NCBI GenBank assembly: GCA_041752695.1
Contig: JBGSVZ010000008.1
Span: 1-17,562 of the forward strand
Direction: 5' to 3'
DNA: 17,562 nucleotides
Origin: Terrimicrobiaceae bacterium
GTDB lineage: Bacteria > Verrucomicrobiota > Verrucomicrobiia > Chthoniobacterales > Terrimicrobiaceae
Numbering within the stretch: position 1 is the stretch's first letter; each line of letters starts with the position of its first letter. Shown here piece after piece: positions 7,869 to 16,330 of the stretch. The position numbers and the translations under genes are program-made. The notes below the pieces were generated by a model. The model did no database searches, was not told the origin of the DNA, and saw only the letters and a list, made by a program, of their open reading frames with translations.

Positions 7869-8690
7869 ATGAAGGTTTTCTATACCCAGAAAATGTTGGC
7901 TTTTGCGGGGGAGGATTCGCCCAGTCCGCGGAAACCTGCGTTGGTGATGCAGGCGTGGAGCCGGGCGGGATTGACGCTAGACGTTGAGGAACCCGCAGCC
8001 TTGACGGTGGAGGATCTTTCCCTGGCACACGATCGCACGCATGTCGAAGACATCCTCTCGTTGCGGAAGGACAATGGATTTGGAAATTCCGATCCGGTCG
8101 TAGCAGGCTCATTGCCCTACACGAACGGCTCGATGGTAGCGGCGGCACGTTGGGCTGTGGCAAATGGCGCAGCAGCGGCGGCACCGTGTTCCGGGTTTCA
8201 CCATGCGGAATGGGATCGCGCGATGATGTTTTGCACATTCAATGGCTTGATGGTGACTGCCTGCAAGTTGCGGGCTGAAGGATTGGTGAAACGGGTGGCG
8301 ATTCTGGATTGCGACCAGCATTATGGCAATGGAACCGAAGATATCATTCACCGGCTTTCTGCGGGCGATTGGGTTCGCCATGTGACGGCCACCCGGGGAT
8401 ATGCGCGGGACATTTCCTTTCTTGATCGCCTGCCCGGAATCGTTGCGACATTTGAGGATTGTGATGTGGTCCTCTATCAAGCAGGGGCAGATCCCCATGT
8501 GGACGACCCGTATGGCGGCTATTTGACGACCGAGCAATTGGCCCGGCGTGACGAAATCGTTTTCACAGAGTGCAAGAGATTGGGACTGCCGATTGCCTGG
8601 AATCTGGCTGGGGGCTACCAAGATGATCTCAACAAGGTCGTCGAAATCCACGTGAACACAGCGCTGGCCTACGAGAAGGTATATTCATGA
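7869..8690 (+). CDS. Histone deacetylase-family (Zn-dependent deacylase) protein
   Basis: Catalytic motifs SGFHHA, FCTFN, ILDCDQHYGNGT, YQAGADP and LAGGY are all present. Confidence 0.92.
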   Translation: MKVFYTQKMLAFAGEDSPSPRKPALVMQAWSRAGLTLDVEEPAALTVEDLSLAHDRTHVEDILSLRKDNGFGNSDPVVAGSLPYTNGSMVAAARWAVANGAAAAAPCSGFHHAEWDRAMMFCTFNGLMVTACKLRAEGLVKRVAILDCDQHYGNGTEDIIHRLSAGDWVRHVTATRGYARDISFLDRLPGIVATFEDCDVVLYQAGADPHVDDPYGGYLTTEQLARRDEIVFTECKRLGLPIAWNLAGGYQDDLNKVVEIHVNTALAYEKVYS

Positions 8691-8729
8691 CGGTATTCGG
8701 CGCGGTCGATATTTGATTACTTTATCGTC

Positions 8730-9614
8730 ATGTTTGAAAACCTCTTCTCTCTCGGCGGGCTTTCGATTGATCGGCTGAAGAGTTTTGTCGATGTTGCAGA
8801 GTTGGGGTCGATTGCCCGCGTCGCCGACGGCGACCCATCACGACAGTCGCTCATCAGCCGACAGATCGGGGAACTCGAGGCGTTCTTCGGTGTGCAGTTG
8901 ACCAAACGTAAAGGAAAGGGCCTGGAGTTCACGGATGCCGGGAGAGAGCTGGCCCGGCAAGTGCGCCTGCAATTCCAGAGTCTGTCCGATTTCAAGGCGG
9001 CATGCGCCAGTCAACCGGCGGAATACCGCATTGCTTCGGGGAACAGCGTGCTTGAGTGGCTGGTGGCTCCAAGGCTCGGCACGGTGGCTGCCGCGGTTCC
9101 CGGAACGTTTTCCCTGCTCGACTGGCGCACTGGCGATATCGTGCGCGGGCTCCTCGATCATACCGTGGATTTCGGGATCGTCCGGAAGTCGGCGCTGACG
9201 CATTTGCTGAAGTTTCACTCGTTGGGAGAAATCACCTACAGGCTCTTTACACCGAAGACGGAAAGTTCACGGGATCCGAATACCATTCCACTTGCCATCT
9301 CGATTGGCGGTGAATTTCTGGAGGCATTCGACCAGGCAACGGCAAAATTGCGGAATCGTCCCAATGTCGTCTTCCGTTGCACGAGCTTCACTCAGGCGGC
9401 GCAAATGGTTCGTTCGGGGGTGGCGGCGGCTGTCCTGCCGCATATCGCAGCGTCCTATTTTGATGATTCGGTCACGGTGAGTTGTCCGCCATGGCTCAGA
9501 GCCATTAAGCGTGAGTTGGGGCTGGCTTGGCACCGACGGGTACTGGATGTGCGTCCGGGTTCGGGAATGTTAAAGGATGAGCTGATCAAGTCGCTGGCAG
9601 AAGGTCTGGCCTGA
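8730..9614 (+). CDS. LysR-family transcriptional regulator
   Basis: N-terminal wHTH (LKSFVDVAELGSIARVA...QSLISRQIGELEAFFGVQL...FTDAG) followed by a substrate-binding domain; 294 aa. Confidence 0.92.
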   Translation: MFENLFSLGGLSIDRLKSFVDVAELGSIARVADGDPSRQSLISRQIGELEAFFGVQLTKRKGKGLEFTDAGRELARQVRLQFQSLSDFKAACASQPAEYRIASGNSVLEWLVAPRLGTVAAAVPGTFSLLDWRTGDIVRGLLDHTVDFGIVRKSALTHLLKFHSLGEITYRLFTPKTESSRDPNTIPLAISIGGEFLEAFDQATAKLRNRPNVVFRCTSFTQAAQMVRSGVAAAVLPHIAASYFDDSVTVSCPPWLRAIKRELGLAWHRRVLDVRPGSGMLKDELIKSLAEGLA

Positions 9615-9732
9615 CTCAAAAGTCAGGTGGCTTGAGAATATCCAAATACCACGTCGCTCGTTAAGCAGCCATGGTTCGGGGCATGAGTTAACGCCCGTGA
9701 GTTTTGTCGAATTCTTTATTCGCAGACTCACT

Positions 9733-10089
9733 ATGCTTACACCCAAACTCTATCGTCAGCTGGGGGAGATTCTCCTTCAGGAAACCAACACTCAAACTCC
9801 CGATTTCTCGGCTTACCTCACCGAAGCTCTCGGCGGAAGGCCGATCCAATTGAGTGAACACTTCCGGATCTCGGGCAATGGCCGACTGGAAGCGTCCCGG
9901 CCCGCGGGTTCAAGGCCCTATCCAGTCCGGCTGCAAACCCAAGCGGTGATTCGCGGTGTCACTCGCGCCGCCCAAGCGGGAATCCCGGTAGGATCCGCCA
10001 CCAAGGAATGGCTGCAAAACGCGCTGCGAGCCCTGGATTTTCAACGGGAAGCGGAAAAATGCCTTTCCGTACGAAGTGCAGAAAGCTGA
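9733..10089 (+). CDS. Hypothetical protein (~118 aa; alternative GTG start at 9697)
   Basis: The ORF fills the gap and is co-oriented with its neighbours. No motif was recognised. Confidence 0.5.
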   Translation: MLTPKLYRQLGEILLQETNTQTPDFSAYLTEALGGRPIQLSEHFRISGNGRLEASRPAGSRPYPVRLQTQAVIRGVTRAAQAGIPVGSATKEWLQNALRALDFQREAEKCLSVRSAES

Positions 10090-10162
10090 GGGACTGTTCC
10101 TATACCCCTCATATGCCAGGATCACAGTCAATGGACAGAAAGACAGACGGAGGTTGATCGAA

Positions 10163-10199
10163 ATGACATAACGGAAAAGTTATGTGATATGACATAACG
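10163..10199. promoter_or_regulatory. Triple half-site array ACATAAC-N6-GTTATGT-N6-ACATAAC
   Basis: Direct repeat ATGACATAACG (10163-10173 and 10189-10199) with an inverted copy at 10179-10185, upstream of the metallophosphoesterase gene. Confidence 0.6.
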
Positions 10200-10238
10200 T
10201 GACTATTTGAAGATGAATCTTTCGGCCATCCTGCGTCC

Positions 10239-11213
10239 ATGAAGATAACCAGCGGGAAACGAATGCGAGGACATGATCTGATCGGAGACATCCACGGTCA
10301 CGCGGACGAGTTGGGTGGTTTCCTTTCCACCTTGGGGTATGAGCGTAGAAATGGTTGTCACGCTCATCCCGAGGGCCGCACAGTAGTCTTCCTCGGGGAC
10401 TACATCGACCGAGGGCCAAAGATCCGCGAGGTTCTACAAACAGTGCGGTCCATGGTGGAGGGCGGATCGGCTTTCGCCATCCTGGGAAATCATGAGATCA
10501 ATGCCCTGCGTTTCCACACGATCGGAAGCTCGGGCAGGCCTCTTCGGCCTCATTCGGGGAATAACTTGCGCCAACTCCAGTCAACGTTGGATCAGTTCGC
10601 CGGCTTCAAGGAAGAGTGGAGGGAATGGATGGCATGGTTGTCCGGGCTTCCACTTTTTCTCGAGTTGCCCGGGCTGAGGGCCGTTCATGCCTGCTGGGAC
10701 AAGCACTCCATAGATCGACTGCGCGGAATCGGTCGACTGGACGGCCCGGTTCTGGAAAGCCATAGCATCAAGGGAACTTCTGGCCATGATTTGCTGAGCC
10801 AAATCGTCAATGGGCCTGAGGCGGTGTTGCCAGAGGGCTTCCGTCACCAGACGGCCGACGGCACTATGCGGAGAGAGTTTCGGGTGAAGTGGTGGTTGGA
10901 GCATTCCGGAGCCACCTGCCGGGAAGCGATTTTTCCGGACAATGACGCGATCCCTGAACTTTTGCCGGAGCGAATGCCGCAGACTGGCTATCCGGAAAAT
11001 GCTCCACCGACTTTCTTCGGGCACTACGCGCTGACGAAAGGGGCGCCGGGTCCCATCCGGTCGAATCTGGCCTGCCTTGATTATGGAATGGGCAAGGGTG
11101 GAGGGCTTTGTGCTTACCGGTGGGACGGAGAAAGTATCCTCAGCTCTTCGAAGTTTGTTCTTTTGAGGGAAGCCCTGCCGTTGTCCCACCCATTTGCAAG
11201 GATCTCGGTATGA
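10239..11213 (+). CDS. Calcineurin-like metallophosphoesterase (ApaH/PrpA-like)
   Basis: Motifs DLIGDIHGH, FLGDYIDRGP, ILGNHE, AVHACW, FFGHY and CLDYG. Confidence 0.9.
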   Translation: MKITSGKRMRGHDLIGDIHGHADELGGFLSTLGYERRNGCHAHPEGRTVVFLGDYIDRGPKIREVLQTVRSMVEGGSAFAILGNHEINALRFHTIGSSGRPLRPHSGNNLRQLQSTLDQFAGFKEEWREWMAWLSGLPLFLELPGLRAVHACWDKHSIDRLRGIGRLDGPVLESHSIKGTSGHDLLSQIVNGPEAVLPEGFRHQTADGTMRREFRVKWWLEHSGATCREAIFPDNDAIPELLPERMPQTGYPENAPPTFFGHYALTKGAPGPIRSNLACLDYGMGKGGGLCAYRWDGESILSSSKFVLLREALPLSHPFARISV

Positions 11214-12169
11214 ACACGAACAATGGATCAACGCCCTCCGTGAGGCGTTGGGGGTCAATTCCGATGGTGGAAAAGTATTCGGGTCCGGCCGACGGGGCTT
11301 TCGGGTTCCTGCCGACGTTCGACAAATTGCCGCCCGAAGACCTCCGGCTGGGTGCAAACACCAACTTCGATCTTGTTGTGCGACGCCCCGACTCCACGTC
11401 GAAAAATCCAGCGCCCATTCCCGTAGGAATGGTTTCCAAGACCTACCGGGTGATTCAGCACTCTGAGGTTCTGGCGTCCGCACTGGAATTTGTCCGAAAA
11501 GTTCCCAATTCGCAGGTAGGGGACGTCAAAATTCATGCTACAGAAAACGGCGAACGCATCATGTTTGAAATGATGCTTGGGGCCTCCTACACGACGAGTC
11601 CTGACGGGCATGAAATGGGGCTTCGGCTCGTTTGCCGAAATTCCGTCGATGGCACATCAGCCGTCCGATCCCACTTGGGCTGGTTTCGCTTCGTCTGCAG
11701 CAACGGCATGGTCGTTGGCGTGACGCTCGGGAAATCCCGGATCACGCACAAGGTTGGCGCTGATCTCATCGAACTTTTCGCTCCATTAACTAAGCAAGTT
11801 GCCGTGCTCGGGAGAGAGCAGGCTACGTTGGCGAGGTGGACATCGAGACGGGTCTCGGAATCCACCATCCGTCGCTGGGTGGACGGTCCTGTCGCAAAGA
11901 AGTGGAACAGTCTGTCGGCGGCCCGGGTTTGGCACATCTGCCAGACCGGTGCTGACGTCCGTTTCATTCCTCCCTTTGAGAAGTTGAAGCCGAGTCTGCG
12001 GAAAGTCGAGCCGATCAGCATCGTCCCGGGCTCACCGGCCCGAGCCGAAACTATTTATGATCTCGCACAGGCCCTTAGCTACGTGGCGTCCCGACGTCAT
12101 GACATCGAGGAGGCTGAGTTGTTCCAACGGGACATCGGTCCGCTGTTGGATCGCATCCGTGAGAACTGA
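11210..12169 (+). CDS. DUF932-family protein (mobile-element associated), ~319 aa
   Basis: VGMVSKTYRVIQH and RNSVDGTSAVRSHLGWFRFVCSNGM. ATG 11210 overlaps the upstream TGA (ATGA). Confidence 0.8.
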   Translation: MNTNNGSTPSVRRWGSIPMVEKYSGPADGAFGFLPTFDKLPPEDLRLGANTNFDLVVRRPDSTSKNPAPIPVGMVSKTYRVIQHSEVLASALEFVRKVPNSQVGDVKIHATENGERIMFEMMLGASYTTSPDGHEMGLRLVCRNSVDGTSAVRSHLGWFRFVCSNGMVVGVTLGKSRITHKVGADLIELFAPLTKQVAVLGREQATLARWTSRRVSESTIRRWVDGPVAKKWNSLSAARVWHICQTGADVRFIPPFEKLKPSLRKVEPISIVPGSPARAETIYDLAQALSYVASRRHDIEEAELFQRDIGPLLDRIREN

Positions 12170-12173
12170 GGCC

Positions 12174-12208
12174 CAGTAACCATGGATGTCCCTGCCCGGT
12201 TCTACCCT
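12174..12208 (+). promoter_or_regulatory. Candidate activator-dependent promoter (shared motif copy 2)
   Basis: CAGTAACCATGGATGTCCC-N10-TACCCT, followed 19 nt later by ATG 12228. Confidence 0.55.
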
Positions 12209-12227
12209 CCGCACACCTCATCAATCC

Positions 12228-13505
12228 ATGATCCAACTCTGTGCCAACGAATTGACGTTTTCCTTCCCTGCGCTCGATGCGGAAATTCGGAATCTTCTCG
12301 AAACCCATATCGACGAAACCTCTTTGGCCTTTGTGGCGGGCTTTCTCTCTGCGGCCCGCAACGAGATCGAGAATCTGGGAAAGCATTATAGGTATGATCG
12401 TAAGGCGTTGGCCGCCGCGAGCGAAAAACTGGACGTCTTTTCGAACGACGAGATCGCCAGTGCCTATCGCAAGGCTTGGCTAAAAAAACTTTCGAGTCGC
12501 GGCTCTCAGTGCGAAATCTCCTTTCAGAGAACTTTGCGCCTGCCTGATGATGGCAAGACTTACCCTCTGCCTGCGGGGCTGGGACGATTTCCGCTGCGGT
12601 CCGTGGGCGGTTACGCGGACACGGCCCCACAACAATGGCTGGAAAAGGGAGGGGTGATGCTGCCGATGTATCAGGGCGAAGCCATGTGGATGTCTTTCGA
12701 ATCCACGATTCCCTGCGCTTTGAAGATCGTGTCAGGAAGCGTGAATGCTTTGACGGGTGAGCGTGACCTGCAAGAACTGGACTCCGATCCGCAAAACTAC
12801 GTGGTGGTTCCTGACCAACCCTGGCTGGATGGTTTCAAGGTCAGCAAAGGCACGGTCCGGCAGTTTGTCGCGATGCCGGTGGGGTCGGGTTACACGGCCA
12901 GCGAGCAGTTGGCCGAGGACGCCGAGGCGGGAGGATTGGTGATGGAAGCCTTTCCGATGAAGGCGGAGTCGTATTTTCCAGAATTTCTGGAGTGCGAACT
13001 GGAAAACATCATGCATGACGTCCTAACGAATCTTTTCGGGATGGGCTGGGAAGGTGAGAGTCAAATACTGTGTTGTTCTGCCCCGGCCAACTATTTCGAA
13101 ATGCGCGAAGGTGTCGGGCTTGGCGCCGGCGGGAAAATCCAGCAGGAAGTCTATGCGGACAACCATGGTATTGAATCATGGAGCTTTGAGCACTCCAGCA
13201 GGGTTTGCATTCATACCTGCAATGCGATGATGTGGCGGAAAGTCACGGGGGAAAACCCGCCCCATCCGCCATTGACGGCCCCGGAATACACCCGCCACCG
13301 TATTCCCTGGTTTGACTTCTATCGCGACGACTTGGAGGCGCTTCCCGAGACCGAGAATCTGGCCGGCATCAAAAGCGTCGAACAAGTTTCCGCGGCCAAG
13401 GGATTGGCATCATGGGAAGACGATGACGAGCTCAACCCCTCCCTTGTTGTGCAATATGGTAACGTCCGGCGCCCTGAGGAAATTCGGGCATGGGGCCGGT
13501 TGTAG
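12228..13505 (+). CDS. Conserved uncharacterised protein of the 'FQRTLRIPDD...QPWLDG' bacterial/fungal family, ~425 aa
   Basis: Motifs ISFQRTLRLPDDGKTYPLPAGLGRFPL, PMYQGEAMWMSF, PQNYVVVPDQPWLDG, VRQFVAMPVGSGYT, GLGAGGKIQQEVYAD and IPWFDFY. ATG 12186 overlaps the promoter motif, so ATG 12228 is preferred. Confidence 0.8.
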   Translation: MIQLCANELTFSFPALDAEIRNLLETHIDETSLAFVAGFLSAARNEIENLGKHYRYDRKALAAASEKLDVFSNDEIASAYRKAWLKKLSSRGSQCEISFQRTLRLPDDGKTYPLPAGLGRFPLRSVGGYADTAPQQWLEKGGVMLPMYQGEAMWMSFESTIPCALKIVSGSVNALTGERDLQELDSDPQNYVVVPDQPWLDGFKVSKGTVRQFVAMPVGSGYTASEQLAEDAEAGGLVMEAFPMKAESYFPEFLECELENIMHDVLTNLFGMGWEGESQILCCSAPANYFEMREGVGLGAGGKIQQEVYADNHGIESWSFEHSSRVCIHTCNAMMWRKVTGENPPHPPLTAPEYTRHRIPWFDFYRDDLEALPETENLAGIKSVEQVSAAKGLASWEDDDELNPSLVVQYGNVRRPEEIRAWGRL

Positions 13506-13517
13506 AAGGTTCTGAAG

Positions 13518-13859
13518 TTGCCGCTGGAGATGTCGGAAAACTTTCAAAGAGATTTCGGAGAGGGCGTGGAAGTGCCGCGAGGATACCACCGCATCAAGGG
13601 CACCATTGAAACCTTGCCGCGGTTCCTACCCATCCCCGCTGAAATACGCGTCCTTCAGGATGGTCTCGTTCTTGACAATTGGATGATAGTTTTTCCTTTC
13701 TCGACGGGTGAGACGACTTGGTTCCTGGACATGGTCCACCTGTGGTTCCTGTTGGACGACTCAAAGGAGAATGCCCGTTGGCTCGATGGGGTGCTCGAAG
13801 CTGTGGACAGCGGCTACACTCGTTATTGGGAATCCCGAGGCCCGGAAGAATATGAATGA
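13518..13859 (+). CDS. Hypothetical protein (~110 aa)
   Basis: Co-oriented ORF 12 nt after the previous stop, acidic and aromatic-rich. The start could be TTG 13518 or ATG 13530. Confidence 0.55.
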   Translation: MPLEMSENFQRDFGEGVEVPRGYHRIKGTIETLPRFLPIPAEIRVLQDGLVLDNWMIVFPFSTGETTWFLDMVHLWFLLDDSKENARWLDGVLEAVDSGYTRYWESRGPEEYE

Positions 13860-13969
13860 GCTCCCGGGTATGGAGCAAACGCCGACGGAGCGAGAAAATC
13901 GTTGAATTTCCCAGTTCCGATCCGAGATTCCGCATCTACCTCCATCCTTACCAAGGATAGGCTCTTCAA

Positions 13970-15175
13970 ATGTCATTGGCGCGAGTGAGTCCCCCCAAAG
14001 GTCCGCTCGATATTCATGGTAATCCGGCGCTGGTCACCGTGAACAAATTCAAGTTCAAGAGCCTTTCGGATTGGAGTTACAATATCTCCTACGGCTGTAT
14101 CCACGGGTGCTCGTTCTGCTACGTCCCGAATACAACGGCCATCAAGCGGGAACTCAGCTTTGAAGATGGGGGCTACATTCCCGATGATTGGAAGGAGGAG
14201 CGGCGCTCCGGTAGGCACTGGGCGGATTTTCACTGGGGCGAATACAGTATTCTGCGCTCCTGGGACGAAAAGGAGTTCCGAAAAAGTCTCCAAAAGGCGG
14301 AAAATCAGAAAAGGCTGACTCCGGACGGGAACCGCGCTGTGATGCTCTGTACGACGACGGATCCTTACCAAACGCTTGCCGTTGCTGGGAATTCAGAAAA
14401 AACCAAGCTGCTCAATACATCGGCCCGGTTGCTGGTGCGAAAAGCTCTCGAAATCATCTTGAAGGAATCCACCTTGAACGTGCGGATTCTGACCCGGTCG
14501 CCCCTCGCAAGGCAGGATTTCGATCTTTATCGCAAATTCGGAGAGCGACTCATGTTTGGGATGAGTCTGCCCACATTGGATGACAAGTTGAGCCAAATCT
14601 ATGAGCCGGGTGCCCCGGGACCGGCGGCCAAATTGAAAACATTGCAGGCTGCAAAAGAAGCCGGGCTGAATCTTTACGTGGCCACGGCGCCGACCCTTCC
14701 TGATGAGGGGCATTCGGAGATAAAGGAACTGCTCGCAACCATCGCCGCGCTGAAGCCTCTCACGATTTTTCACGAGCCCATCAATCTGCGCGCGGAAAAT
14801 GTGGCGCGCATCCAAGCTAAAGCCAAGGAGCTGAACCGGGGGATCCGCGGGGAGGTTTTCGAAACCCGCTCGCGTTGGCGCGAATATGCCTTCAGTCAAC
14901 TTTCTTTGGTCGAGCAGATCTCCAGGGAGCTCAAAATTCCTGACGGAGTTCTCCACCTCTGGCCGGACGAGGATTTGGGCAGCAAGTCGGGATTTCTAAA
15001 AATGAAGGCCGATGCCTTCGAGCGCGAACACCATACCTCTCGGTTTCCGGCCCGGAAGCGAGAGGAGGCCAACGCCAAGTGGACCAAAAGCGTGGAGCCT
15101 TGGATCCGATACTGGCACAATCCCGAGGATCGAGTGAGTTCCTGGCCGGGAATTCGGGAGCCGAAATGGAAGTAG
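13970..15175 (+). CDS. Radical SAM protein, spore-photoproduct-lyase-like group
   Basis: CxxxCxxC motif GCIHGCSFCY, with TTTDPYQ, ILTRSPL..QDFD, GMSLPT and YEPGAP. Confidence 0.88.
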   Translation: MSLARVSPPKGPLDIHGNPALVTVNKFKFKSLSDWSYNISYGCIHGCSFCYVPNTTAIKRELSFEDGGYIPDDWKEERRSGRHWADFHWGEYSILRSWDEKEFRKSLQKAENQKRLTPDGNRAVMLCTTTDPYQTLAVAGNSEKTKLLNTSARLLVRKALEIILKESTLNVRILTRSPLARQDFDLYRKFGERLMFGMSLPTLDDKLSQIYEPGAPGPAAKLKTLQAAKEAGLNLYVATAPTLPDEGHSEIKELLATIAALKPLTIFHEPINLRAENVARIQAKAKELNRGIRGEVFETRSRWREYAFSQLSLVEQISRELKIPDGVLHLWPDEDLGSKSGFLKMKADAFEREHHTSRFPARKREEANAKWTKSVEPWIRYWHNPEDRVSSWPGIREPKWK

Positions 15176-15179
15176 ATTT

Positions 15180-15821
15180 ATGCCTGCACCGACCCTGAAT
15201 ATTCAAACCGAGATCGTCCGAGCCCTGTCGTCGGCCGATCAAAAACACCTGCGAGCGTTGGAGGCCCGTGTGGAGAGCAGCCTGATGGATTTCGCCGTAG
15301 CGCTCTATGAAATTCGGACCTATAAGGAGGGGTTGCTGTGGCGTCAGGAATTCGGATCTTTCGAGGAATATGCCCAAGCCCGCTTTTCGTATCAAAAGCA
15401 ACATGCTTACCGTTTGGCGGCGGCTGGGGAATTTGTATCCAAGCTGGATACTTTGGCAAGTTCAGCGCCGAAGCCACTGCGGGAGAGTCAGGTGAGGCCG
15501 ATCATCAACAAGCTTCCAGAAGAACACCACGTCTCGTTTTGGAAGGAGCTGGTGAGAGGACACACGCCCGAAGAGCTGACGGGAGAATATATTGAGCGCA
15601 GGGTGAAAGCCTTTCAGGCGACCCTTCCGAAGACGGAAATCAAAATCGCGAAAAAGCCGAAGTCTCTCAAGCTGGACGAGGCTTTATTGCAGGATAGGGC
15701 AAAGGCGAAAGGTCTAGCTCTCGTTGCAAAGCTTGAGGCGGCCGTCTCTCCACTTCCCCGCCATAGCGAAATATCGGCTTTGCTGAAATCCATCGCGAAA
15801 CTCCTCAAGCGAAAAAGTTGA
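15180..15821 (+). CDS. Hypothetical helical DNA-binding-like protein, 213 aa
   Basis: The pattern ALYEIR...LWRQEFGSFEEYAQARF...AYRL...ESQVRP resembles mobile-element proteins. It starts 4 nt after the radical SAM stop and has a basic C-terminus. Confidence 0.7.
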   Translation: MPAPTLNIQTEIVRALSSADQKHLRALEARVESSLMDFAVALYEIRTYKEGLLWRQEFGSFEEYAQARFSYQKQHAYRLAAAGEFVSKLDTLASSAPKPLRESQVRPIINKLPEEHHVSFWKELVRGHTPEELTGEYIERRVKAFQATLPKTEIKIAKKPKSLKLDEALLQDRAKAKGLALVAKLEAAVSPLPRHSEISALLKSIAKLLKRKS

Positions 15822-16015
15822 CGTTTCCCTCCCAGGAAGACCGATGAGTCCCAGCAGGATTTCAATCAGTGCTCCAACTCCGCTATTGGCGATCAGAAGG
15901 ATGTCGCAGGTAAAGCTGACCGAACACCCATTACCGAAGGATATGGTGTCGCATATTGAAGGCAGTTCCGCCTCGCATGAATGTCTGACTGGCCAGTGAA
16001 TACCGACCGGGGTAT

Positions 16016-16267
16016 TTATCTGGTTAATCGAACGAACGCTTCCTTTTCTGTTGGAAGCAGTTCCAACGGGCTCGCTTCGAGGGCCTTTGCCAGTGCGACG
16101 ATCTCATAGTCCCGCACCAGCCGAATCTGCATTTCGATATGGTTGATGATTTCCCGACTGGCATCCCAGCCAAGCCGCTGGCAGGCGGCTGCGAGACCCT
16201 CCTGCGAGAGCTGGCGCTCCGTTCGGAGTTTCCTCAGGCGTTTGCCGATAAGATTGGAGTTCTTCAA
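16016..16267 (-). CDS. XRE/Cro-C1-family HTH transcriptional regulator (start uncertain)
   Basis: IGKRLRKLRTERQLSQEGLAAACQRLGWDASREIINHIE...ALAKAL. The ORF-track start at 16321 lies inside the operator palindrome, so in-frame TTG 16267 is preferred. Confidence 0.85.
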   Translation of the reverse strand: MKNSNLIGKRLRKLRTERQLSQEGLAAACQRLGWDASREIINHIEMQIRLVRDYEIVALAKALEASPLELLPTEKEAFVRLTR

Positions 16268-16300
16268 CCCCCATAGACCTACGTGGATGCAGTGCTTGCA

Positions 16301-16322
16301 ATTGGTCGAAAATTCGACCAAT
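16301..16322. promoter_or_regulatory. Perfect 10-bp palindromic operator between the divergent XRE and membrane genes
   Basis: ATTGGTCGAA-aa-TTCGACCAAT covers the spacer of TTGCAA(16296-16301)-N17-CAATAT(16319-16324). Confidence 0.7.
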
Positions 16323-16330
16323 ATGACGAC

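Noticed and set aside
11108..11209. Extended N-terminus of the DUF932 ORF
   Set aside because: It overlaps the phosphoesterase gene by about 100 nt. The ATGA-coupled start at 11210 is more plausible.
15895..15955. GAAGGAT...TGTCGCA repeated twice, with partial likeness to the shared motif
   Set aside because: The match is short and imperfect, has no correctly spaced -10, and lies between convergent gene ends.
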